From the NCBI RefSeq assembly GCF_009914755.1, contig NC_060941.1: 64,000 bases of DNA; one strand, 5' to 3'. Below the pieces are notes generated by a model that saw only the letters and a list, made by a program, of their open reading frames with translations, had not been told where the DNA came from and did no database searches. Source of the stretch: the human T2T-CHM13v2.0 reference genome, Homo sapiens. The translations under genes and the position numbers were made by a program. Of this stretch, positions 26,601-38,900 are shown piece after piece (the first letter of the stretch is position 1; the number at the start of each line of letters is the position of its first letter).

Positions 26601-29600
26601 ACTCACAGAGCTGAACATTCCTTTGGATGGAGCAGTTTCGAAACACACTATTTGTAGAATGTGCAAGTGGATATTTAGGCCTCTCTGAGGATTTCGTTGG
26701 AAACGGGATAAACCGCACAGAACTAAACAGAAGCATTCTCAGAACCTTCTTCGTGATGTTTGCATTCAACTCACAGTGTTGAACCTTTCTTTGATAGTTC
26801 AGGTTTGAAACGGTCTTTCTGCAGAAACTGCAAGTAGATATTTGGACCGCTCTGAGGATTTCGTTGGAAACGGGATAACCCGCACAGAACTAAAACAGAA
26901 GCATTCTCAGAACCCTCTTCGTGATGTTTGCATTCAACTCACAGTGCTGAACCTTTCTTTGATAGTTCAGCTTTGAAACACTCTTTTTGTAGAAACTGCA
27001 AGTGGATATTTGGTCCTCTCTGAGGAATTCGTTGGAAACGGGATAAACTGCACAGAACTAAACAGAAGCATTCTCAGAACCTTCTTCGTGATGTCTGCAT
27101 TCAACTCACAGTGTGGAACCTTTCTTTGATAGTTCAGGTTTGAAACACTCTTTTTGTAGAAACTGCAAGGGGATAATTGCACTCTTTGAGGAGTACCGTA
27201 GTAAAGGAAATAACTTCCTATAAAAAGAAGACAGAAGCTTTCTCAGAAAATTCTTTGGGATGATTGAGTTGAACTCACAGAGCTGAGCATTCCTTGTGAT
27301 GTAGCAGTTTAGAAACACACTTTCTGCAGAATCTGCAAGTGCATATTTGGACCTCTGTGAGGAATTCGTTGGAAACGGGATAATTTCAGCTGACTAAACA
27401 GAAGCAGTCTCAGAATCTTCTTTGTGATGTTTGCATTCAAATCCCCGAGTTGAACTTTCCTTTCAAAGTTCACGTTTGAAACACTCTTTTTGCAGGATCT
27501 ACAAGTGGATATTTGGACCACTCTGTGTCCTTCGTTCGAAACGGGTATATCTTCACATGACATCTAGACAGAAGCATCCTCAGAAGCTTCTCTGTGATGA
27601 CTGCATTCAACTCACGGAGTTGAACACTCCTTTTGAGAGCGCAGTTTTGAAACTCTCTTTCTGTGGCATCTGCAAGGGGACATGTAGACCTCTTTGAAGA
27701 TTTCGTTGGAAACGGAATCATCTTCACATAAAAACTATACAGATGCATTCTCAGGAACTTTTTGGTGATGTTTGTATTCAACTCCCAGAGTTGAACTTTC
27801 CTTTGGAAAGAGCAGCTATGAAACACTCTTTTTCTAGAATCTGCAAGTGGACGTTTGGAGGGCTTTGTGGTTTGTGGTGGAAAAGGAAATATCTTCACCT
27901 AAATACTAGATAGAAGCATTCTCAGAAACTGCTTTGTGATGATTGCATTCACCTCACAGAGTTGAACATTCCTATTGATAGAGCAGTTTGGAAACACTCT
28001 TGTTGTGGAATGTGCAAGTGGAGATTTGGAGCGCTTTGAGGCCTATGGTAGAAAAGGGAATAGCTTCATAGAAAAACTAGACAGAAGCATTCTCAGAAAA
28101 TACTTTGTGATGATTGAGTTTAACTCACAGAGCTGAACATTCCTTTGGATGGAGCAGGTTTGAGACACACCTTTTGTAGAATCTACAAGTGGATATTTGG
28201 ACCTCTCTGAGGATTTCGTTGGAAACGGGATAACTGCACCTAACTAAACGGAAGCATTCTCAGAAACTTCTTGGTGATGTTTGCATTCAAATCCCAGAGT
28301 TGAACCTTCCTTTGATAGTTCAGGTTTGAAACACTCTTTTTGTAGGATCTGCAAGTGGATATTTGGACCACTCTGTGGCCTTCGTTCGAAACGGGTACAT
28401 CTTCGCATAAAATCTAGACAGAAGCCTTCTCAGAAACTTCTCTGTGATGATTGCATTCAACTCACAGAGTTGAACCCTCCTATGGATAGAGCAGTGTTGA
28501 AACTCTCTTTTTGTGGAATCTGCAAGTGGATATGTGGACCTCTCCGAAGATGTCTTTGGAAACGGGAATATCTTCACATAAAAACTTAACAGAAGCATTC
28601 TCAGAAACTTCTCTGTGATGTTTGTGTTCAACTCCCAGAGTTTCACATTGCTTTTCATAGAGTAGTTCTGAAACATGCTTTTCGTAGTGTCTACAAGTGG
28701 ACATTTGGAGCGCTTTCAGGCCTGTGGTGGAAAACGAATTATGGTCACATAAAAACTGGAGAGAAGCATTGTCAGAAACTTCTTTGTGATGATTGCATTC
28801 AACTCACAGAGTTGAAGGTTCCTTTTCAAAGAGCAGTTTCCAATCACTCTTTCTGTGGAATCTGCAAGTGGATATTTGGACCTATTTTGAAGATTTCGTT
28901 GGAAACGGGAGAATCTTCACAGGAAAGCTAAACAGAAGCATTCTCAGAAACTTCTTTGTGATGCTTGCATTCAACTCACAGAGTTGAACTTTCCTTTCGA
29001 GAGAGAAGCTTTGAAACACTCTTTTTCCAGAATCTGCAAGTGGACATTTGGAGGGCTTTGAGGCCTGTGGTGGAAAAGGAATTATCTTCCCGTAAAAGCT
29101 AGATAGAAGCATTCTCAGAAACTACTTTGTGATGATTGCATTCAAGTCACAGAGTTGAACATTCCCTTTGACAGAGCAGTTTGGAAACTCTCTTTGTGTA
29201 GAATCTGCAAGTGGAGATATGGACCGCTTTGAGGCCTATGGTAGTAAAGGAAATAGCTTCATATAAAAGCTAGACAGTAGCATTCACAGAAAACTCTTGG
29301 TGACGACTGAGTTTAACTCACAGAGCTGAACATTCCTTTGGATGGAGCAGTTTCGAAACACACTATTTGTAGAATGTGCAAGTGGATATTTAGGCCTCTC
29401 TGAGGATTTCGTTGGAAACGGGATAAACCACACAGAACTAAACAGAAGCATTCTCAGAACCTTCTTCGTGATGTTTGCATTCAACTCACAGTGTTGAACC
29501 TTTCTTTGATAGTTCAGGTTTGAAACGGTCTTTCTGTAGAAACTGCAAGTAGATATTTGGACCTCTCTGAGGATTTCGTTGGAAACGGGATAACCCGCAC

Positions 29601-32600
29601 AGAACTAAAACAGAAGCATTCTCAGAACCCTCTTCGTGATGTTTGCATTCAACTCACAGTGCTGAACCTTTCTTTGATAGTTCAGCTTTGAAACACTCTT
29701 TTTGTAGAAACTGCAAGTGGATATTTGGTCCTCTCTGAGCATTTCGTTGGAAACGGGATAAACTGCACAGAACTAAACAGAAGCATTCTCAGAACCTTCT
29801 TCGTGATGTCTGCATTCAACTCACAGTGTGGAACCTTTCTTTGATAGTTCAGGTTTGAAACACTCTTTTTGTAGAAACTGCAAGGGGATAATTGCACTCT
29901 TTGAGGAGTACCGTAGTAAAGGAAATAACTTCCTATAAAAAGAAGACAGAAGCTTTCTCAGAAAATTCTTTGGGATGATTGAGTTGAACTCACAGAGCTG
30001 AGCATTCCTTGCGATGTAGCAGTTTAGAAACACACTTTCTGCAGAATCTGCAAGTGCATATTTGGACCTCTGTGAGGAATTCGTTGGAAACGGGATAATT
30101 TCAGCTGACTAAACAGAAGCAGTCTCAGAATCTTCTTTGTGATGTTTGCATTCAAATCCCCGAGTTGAACTTTCCTTTCAAAGTTCACGTTTGAAACACT
30201 CTTTTTGCAGGATCTACAAGTGGATATTTGGACCACTCTGTGTCCTTCGTTCGAAACGGGTATATCTTCACATGACATCTAGACAGAAGCATCCTCAGAA
30301 GCTTCTCTGTGATGACTGCATTCAACTCACGGAGTTGAACACTCCTTTTGAGAGCGCAGTTTTGAAACTCTCTTTCTGTGGCATCTGCAAGGGGACATGT
30401 AGACCTCTTTGAAGATTTCGTTGGAAACGGAATCATCTTCACATAAAAACTACACAGATGCATTCTCAGGAACTTTTTGGTGATGTTTGTATTCAACTCC
30501 CAGAGTTGAACTTTCCTTTGGAAAGAGCAGCTATGAAACACTCTTTTTCTAGAATCTGCAAGTGGACGTTTGGAGGGCTTTGTGGTTTGTGGTGGAAAAG
30601 GAAATATCTTCACCTAAATACTAGATAGAAGCATTCTCAGAAACTGCTTTGTGATGATTGCATTCACCTCACAGAGTTGAACATTCCTATTGATAGAGCA
30701 GTTTGGAAACACTCTTGTTGTGGAATGTGCAAGTGGAGATTTGGAGCGCTTTGAGGCCTATGGTAGTAAAGGGAATAGCTTCATAGAAAAACTAGACAGA
30801 AGCATTCTCAGAAAATACTTTGTGATGATTGAGTTTAACTCACAGAGCTGAACATTCCTTTGGATGGTGCAGGTTTGAGACACACTTTTTGTAGAATCTA
30901 CAAGTGGATATTTGGACCTCTCTGAGGATTTCGTTGGAAACGGGATAACTGCACCTAACTAAACGGAAGCATTCTCAGAAACTTCTTGGTGATGTTTGCA
31001 TTCAAATCCCAGAGTTGAACCTTCCTTTGATAGTTCAGGTTTGAAACACTCTTTTTGTAGGATCTGCAAGTGGATATTTGGACCACTCTGTGGCCTTCGT
31101 TCGAAACGGGTACATCTTCGCATAAAATCTAGACAGAAGCCTTCTCAGAAACTTCTCTGTGATGATTGCATTCAACTCACAGAGTTGAACCCTCCTATGG
31201 ATAGAGCAGTGTTGAAACTCTCTTTTTGTGGAATCTGCAAGTGGATATGTGGACCTCTCCGAAGATGTCTTTGGAAACGGGAATATCTTCACATAAAAAC
31301 TTAACAGAAGCATTCTCAGAAACTTCTCTGTGATGTTTGTGTTCAACTCCCAGAGTTTCACATTGCTTTTCATAGAGTAGTTCTGAAACATGCTTTTCGT
31401 AGTGTCTACAAGTGGACATTTGGAGCGCTTTCAGGCCTGTGGTGGAAAACGAATTATGGTCACATAAAAACTGGAGAGAAGCATTGTCAGAAACTTTTTG
31501 TGATGATTGCATTCAACTCACAGAGTTGAAGGTTCCTTTTCAAAGAGCAGTTTCCAATCACTCTTTCTGTGGAATCTGCAAGTGGATATTTGGACCTATT
31601 TTGAAGATTTCGTTGGAAACGGGAGAATCTTCACAGGAAAGCTAAACAGAAGCATTCTCAGAAACTTCTTTGTGATGCTTGCATTCAACTCACAGAGTTG
31701 AACTTTCCTTTCGAGAGAGAAGCTTTGAAACACTCTTTTTCCAGAATCTGCAAGTGGACATTTGGAGGGCTTTGAGGCCTGTGGTGGAAAAGGAATTATC
31801 TTCCCGTAAAAGCTAGATAGAAGCATTCTCAGAAACTACTTTGTGATGATTGCATTCAAGTCACAGAGTTGAACATTCCCTTTGACAGAGCAGTTTGGAA
31901 ACTCTCTTTGTGTAGAATCTGCAAGTGGAGATATGGACCGCTTTGAGGCCTATGGTAGTAAAGGAAATAGCTTCATATAAAAGCTAGACAGTAGCATTCA
32001 CAGAAAACTCTTGGTGACGACTGAGTTTAACTCACAGAGCTGAACATTCCTTTGGATGGAGCAGTTTCGAAACACACTATTTGTAGAATGTGCAAGTGGA
32101 TATTTAGGCCTCTCTGAGGATTTCGTTGGAAACGGGATAAACCACACAGAACTAAACAGAAGCATTCTCAGAACTTTCTTCGTGATGTTTGCATTGAACT
32201 CACAGTGTTGAACCTTTCTTTGATAGTTCAGGTTTGAAACGGTCTTTCTGTAGAAACTGCAAGTAGATATTTGGACCTCTCTGAGGATTTCGTTGGAAAC
32301 GGGATAACCCGCACAGAACTAAAACAGAAGCATTCTCAGAACCCTCTTCGTGATGTTTGCATTCAACTCACAGTGCTGAACCTTTCTTTGATAGTTCAGC
32401 TTTGAAACACTCTTTTTGTAGAAACTGCAAGTGGATATTTGGTCCTCTCTGAGGAATTCGTTGGAAACGGGATAAACTGCACAGAACTAAACAGAAGCAT
32501 TCTCAGAACCTTCTTCGTGATGTCTGCATTCAACTCACAGTGTGGAACCTTTCTTTGATAGTTCAGGTTTGAAACACTCTTTTTGTAGAAACTGCAAGGG

Positions 32601-32919
32601 GATAATTGCACTCTTTGAGGAGTACCGTAGTAAAGGAAATAACTTCCTATAAAAAGAAGACAGAAGCTTTCTCAGAAAATTCTTTGGGATGATTGAGTTG
32701 AACTCACAGAGCTGAGCATTCCTTGCGATGTAGCAGTTTAGAAACACACTTTCTGCAGAATCTGTAAGTGCATATTTGGACCTCTGTGAGGAATTCGTTG
32801 GAAACGGGATAATTTCAGCTGACTAAACAGAAGCAGTCTCAGAATCTTCTTTGTGATGTTTGCATTCAAATCCCCGAGTTGAACTTTCCTTTCAAAGTTC
32901 ACGTTTGAAACACTCTTTT

Positions 32920-35900
32920 TGCAGGATCTACAAGTGGATATTTGGACCACTCTGTGTCCTTCGTTCGAAACGGGTATATCTTCACATGACATCTAGACAG
33001 AAGCATCCTCAGAAGCTTCTCTGTGATGACTGCATTCAACTCACGGAGTTGAACACTCCTTTTGAGAGCGCAGTTTTGAAACTCTCTTTCTGTGGCATCT
33101 GCAAGGGGACATGTAGACCTCTTTGAAGATTTCGTTGGAAACGGAATCATCTTCACATAAAAACTATACAGATGCATTCTCAGGAACTTTTTGGTGATGT
33201 TTGTATTCAACTCCCAGAGTTGAACTTTCCTTTGGAAAGAGCAGCTATGAAACACTCTTTTTCTAGAATCTGCAAGTGGACGTTTGGAGGGCTTTGTGGT
33301 TTGTGGTGGAAAAGGAAATATCTTCACCTAAATACTAGATAGAAGCATTCTCAGAAACTGCTTTGTGATGATTGCATTCACCTCACAGAGTTGAACATTC
33401 CTATTGATAGAGCAGTTTGGAAACACTCTTGTTGTGGAATGTGCAAGTGGAGATTTGGAGCGCTTTGAGGCCTATGGTAGTAAAGGGAATAGCTTCATAG
33501 AAAAACTAGACAGAAGCATTCTCAGAAAATACTTTGTGATGATTGAGTTTAACTCACAGAGCTGAACATTCCTTTGGATGGAGCAGGTTTGAGACACACC
33601 TTTTGTAGAATCTACAAGTGGATATTTGGACCTCTCTGAGGATTTCGTTGGAAACGGGATAACTGCACCTAACTAAACGGAAGCATTCTCAGAAACTTCT
33701 TGGTGATGTTTGCATTCAAATCCCAGAGTTGAACCTTCCTTTGATAGTTCAGGTTTGAAACACTCTTTTTGTAGGATCTGCAAGTGGATATTTGGACCAC
33801 TCTGTGGCCTTCGTTCGAAACGGGTATATCTTCGCATAAAATCTAGACAGAAGCCTTCTCAGAAACTTCTCTGTGATGATTGCTTTCAACTCACAGAGTT
33901 GAACCCTCCTATGGATAGAGCAGTGTTGAAACTCTCTTTTTGTGGAATCTGCAAGTGGATATGTGGACCTCTCCGAAGATGTCTTTGGAAACGGGAATAT
34001 CTTCACATAAAAACTAAACAGAAGCATTCTCAGAAACTTCTCTGTGATGTTTGTGTTCAACTCCCAGAGTTTCACATTGCTTTTCATAGAGTAGTTCTGA
34101 AACATGCTTTTCGTAGTGTCTACAAGTGGACATTTGGAGCGCTTTCAGGCCTGTGGTGGAAAACGAATTATGGTCACATAAAAACTGGAGAGAAGCATTG
34201 TCAGAAACTTCTTTGTGATGATTGCATTCAACTCACAGAGTTGAAGGTTCCTTTTCAAAGAGCAGTTTCCAATCACTCTTTCTGTGGAATCTGCAAGTGG
34301 ATATTTGGACCTATTTTGAAGATTTCGTTGGAAACGGGAGAATCTTCACAGGAAAGCTAAACAGAAGCATTCTCAGAAACTTCTTTGTGATGCTTGCATT
34401 CAACTCACAGAGTTGAACTTTCCTTTCGAGAGAGAAGCTTTGAAACACTCTTTTTCCAGAATCTGCAAGTGGACATTTGGAGGGCTTTGAGGCCTGTGGT
34501 GGAAAAGGAATTATCTTCCCATAAAAGCTAGATAGAAGCATTCTCAGAAACTACTTTGTGATGATTGCATTCAAGTCACAGAGTTGAACATTCCCTTTGA
34601 CAGAGCAGTTTGGAAACTCTCTTTGTGTAGAATCTGCAAGTGGAGATATGGACCGCTTTGAGGCCTATGGTAGTAAAGGAAATAGCTTCATATAAAAGCT
34701 AGACAGTAGCATTCACAGAAAACTCTTGGTGACGACTGAGTTTAACTCACAGAGCTGAACATTCCTTTGGATGGAGCAGTTTCGAAACACACTATTTGTA
34801 GAATGTGCAAGTGGATATTTAGGCCTCTCTGAGGATTTCGTTGGAAACGGGATAAACCGCACAGAACTAAACAGAAGCATTCTCAGAACCTTCTTCGTGA
34901 TGTTTGCATTCAACTCACAGTGTTGAACCTTTCTTTGATAGTTCAGGTTTGAAACGGTCTTTCTGCAGAAACTGCAAGTAGATATTTGGACCGCTCTGAG
35001 GATTTCGTTGGAAACGGGATAACCCGCACAGAACTAAAACAGAAGCATTCTCAGAACCCTCTTCGTGATGTTTGCATTCAACTCACAGTGCTGAACCTTT
35101 CTTTGATAGTTCAGCTTTGAAACACTCTTTTTGTAGAAACTGCAAGTGGATATTTGGTCCTCTCTGAGGATTTCGTTGGAAACGGGATAAACTGCACAGA
35201 ACTAAACAGAAGCATTCTCAGAACCTTCTTCGTGATGTCTGCATTCAACTCACAGTGTGGAACCTTTCTTTGATAGTTCAGGTTTGAAACACTCTTTTTG
35301 TAGAAACTGCAAGGGGATAATTGCACTCTTTGAGGAGTACCGTAGTAAAGGAAATAACTTCCTATAAAAAGAAGACAGAAGCTTTCTCAGAAAATTCTTT
35401 GGGATGATTGAGTTGAACTCACAGAGCTGAGCATTCCTTGCGATGTAGCAGTTTAGAAACACACTTTCTGCAGAATCTGCAAGTGCATATTTGGACCTCT
35501 GTGAGGAATTCGTTGGAAACGGGATAATTTCAGCTGACTAAACAGAAGCAGTCTCAGAATCTTCTTTGTGATGTTTGCATTCAAATCCCCGAGTTGAACT
35601 TTCCTTTCAAAGTTCACGTTTGAAACACTCTTTTTGCAGGATCTACAAGTGGATATTTGGACCACTCTGTGTCCTTCGTTCGAAACGGGTATATCTTCAC
35701 ATGACATCTAGACAGAAGCATCCTCAGAAGCTTCTCTGTGATGACTGCATTCAACTCACGGAGTTGAACACTCCTTTTGAGAACGCAGTTTTGAAACTCT
35801 CTTTCTGTGGCATCTGCAAGGGGACATGTAGACCTCTTTGAAGATTTCGTTGGAAACGGAATCATCTTCACATAAAAACTATACAGATGCATTCTCAGGA

Positions 35901-38900
35901 ACTTTTTGGTGATGTTTGTATTCAACTCCCAGAGTTGAACTTTCCTTTGGAAAGAGCAGCTATGAAACACTGTTTTTCTAGAATCTGCAAGTGGACGTTT
36001 GGAGGGCTTTGTGGTTTGTGGTGGAAAAGGAAATATCTTCACCTAAATACTAGATAGAAGCATTCTCAGAAACTGCTTTGTGATGATTGCATTCACCTCA
36101 CAGAGTTGAACATTCCTATTGATAGAGCAGTTTGGAAACACTCTTGTTGTGGAATGTGCAAGTGGAGATTTGGAGCGCTTTGAGGCCTATGGTAGTAAAG
36201 GGAATAGCTTCATAGAAAAACTAGACAGAAGCATTCTCAGAAAATACTTTGTGATGATTGAGTTTAACTCACAGAGCTGAACATTCCTTTGGATGGAGCA
36301 GGTTTGAGACACACCTTTTGTAGAATCTACAAGTGGATATTTGGACCTCTCTGAGGATTTCGTTGGAAACGGGATAACTGCACCTAACTAAACGGAAGCA
36401 TTCTCAGAAACTTCTTGGTGATGTTTGCATTCAAATCCCAGAGTTGAACCTTCCTTTGATAGTTCAGGTTTGAAACACTCTTTTTGTAGGATCTGCAAGT
36501 GGATATTTGGACCACTCTGTGGCCTTCGTTCGAAACGGGTACATCTTCGCATAAAATCTAGACAGAAGCCTTCTCAGAAACTTCTCTGTGATGATTGCAT
36601 TCAACTCACAGAGTTGAACCCTCCTATGGATAGAGCAGTGTTGAAACTCTCTTTTTGTGGAATCTGCAAGTGGATATGTGTACCTCTCCGAAGATGTCTT
36701 TGGAAACGGGAATATCTTCACATAAAAACTTAACAGAAGCATTCTCAGAAACTTCTCTGTGATGTTTGTGTTCAACTCCCAGAGTTTCACATTGCTTTTC
36801 ATAGAGTAGTTCTGAAACATGCTTTTCGTAGTGTCTACAAGTGGACATTTGGAGCGCTTTCAGGCCTGTGGTGGAAAACGAATTATGGTCACATAAAAAC
36901 TGGAGAGAAGCATTGTCAGAAACTTCTTTGTGATGATTGCATTCAACTCACAGAGTTGAAGGTTCCTTTTCAAAGAGCAGTTTCCAATCACTCTTTCTGT
37001 GGAATCTGCAAGTGGATATTTGGACCTATTTTGAAGATTTCGTTGGAAACGGGAGAATCTTCACAGGAAAGCTAAACAGAAGCATTCTCAGAAACTTCTT
37101 TGTGATGCTTGCATTCAACTCACAGAGTTGAACTTTCCTTTCGAGAGAGAAGCTTTGAAACACTCTTTTTCCAGAATCTGCAAGTGGACATTTGGAGGGC
37201 TTTGAGGCCTGTGGTGGAAAAGGAATTATCTTCCCGTAAAAGCTAGATAGAAGCATTCTCAGAAACTACTTTGTGATGATTGCATTCAAGTCACAGAGTT
37301 GAACATTCCCTTTGACAGAGCAGTTTGGAAACTCTCTTTGTGTAGAATCTGCAAGTGGAGATATGGACCGCTTTGAGGCCTATGGTAGTAAAGGAAATAG
37401 CTTCATATAAAAGCTAGACAGTAGCATTCACAGAAAACTCTTGGTGACGACTGAGTTTAACTCACAGAGCTGAACATTCCTTTGGATGGAGCAGTTTCGA
37501 AACACACTATTTGTAGAATGTGCAAGTGGATATTTAGGCCTCTCTGAGGATTTCGTTGGAAACGGGATAAACCGCACAGAACTAAACAGAAGCATTCTCA
37601 GAACCTTCTTCGTGATGTTTGCATTCAACTCACAGTGTTGAACCTTTCTTTGATAGTTCAGGTTTGAAACGGTCTTTCTGTAGAAACTGCAAGTAGATAT
37701 TTGGACCTCTCTGAGGATTTCGTTGGAAACGGGATAACCCGCACAGAACTAAAACAGAAGCATTCTCAGAACCCTCTTCGTGATGTTTGCATTCAACTCA
37801 CAGTGCTGAACCTTTCTTTGATAGTTCAGCTTTGAAACACTCTTTTTGTAGAAACTGCAAGTGGATATTTGGTCCTCTCTGAGGAATTCGTTGGAAACGG
37901 GATAAACTGCACAGAACTAAACAGAAGCATTCTCAGAACCTTCTTCGTGATGTCTGCATTCAACTCACAGTGTGGAACCTTTCTTTGATAGTTCAGGTTT
38001 GAAACACTCTTTTTGTAGAAACTGCAAGGGGATAATTGCACTCTTTGAGGAGTACCGTAGTAAAGGAAATAACTTCCTATAAAAAGAAGACAGAAGCTTT
38101 CTCAGAAAATTCTTTGGGATGATTGAGTTGAACTCACAGAGCTGAGCATTCCTTGCGATGTAGCAGTTTAGAAACACACTTTCTGCAGAATCTGTAAGTG
38201 CATATTTGGACCTCTGTGAGGAATTCGTTGGAAACGGGATAATTTCAGCTGACTAAACAGAAGCAGTCTCAGAATCTTCTTTGTGATGTTTGCATTCAAA
38301 TCCCCGAGTTGAACTTTCCTTTCAAAGTTCACGTTTGAAACACTCTTTTTGCAGGATCTACAAGTGGATATTTGGACCACTCTGTGTCCTTCGTTCGAAA
38401 CGGGTATATCTTCACATGACATCTAGACAGAAGCATCCTCAGAAGCTTCTCTGTGATGACTGCATTCAACTCACGGAGTTGAACACTCCTTTTGAGAGCG
38501 CAGTTTTGAAACTCTCTTTCTGTGGCATCTGCAAGGGGACATGTAGACCTCTTTGAAGATTTCGTTGGAAACGGAATCATCTTCACATAAAAACTATACA
38601 GATGCATTCTCAGGAACTTTTTGGTGATGTTTGTATTCAACTCCCAGAGTTGAACTTTCCTTTGGAAAGAGCAGCTATGAAACACTCTTTTTCTAGAATC
38701 TGCAAGTGGACGTTTGGAGGGCTTTGTGGTTTGTGGTGGAAAAGGAAATATCTTCACCTAAATACTAGATAGAAGCATTCTCAGAAACTGCTTTGTGATG
38801 ATTGCATTCACCTCACAGAGTTGAACATTCCTATTGATAGAGCAGTTTGGAAACACTCTTGTTGTGGAATGTGCAAGTGGAGATTTGGAGCGCTTTGAGG

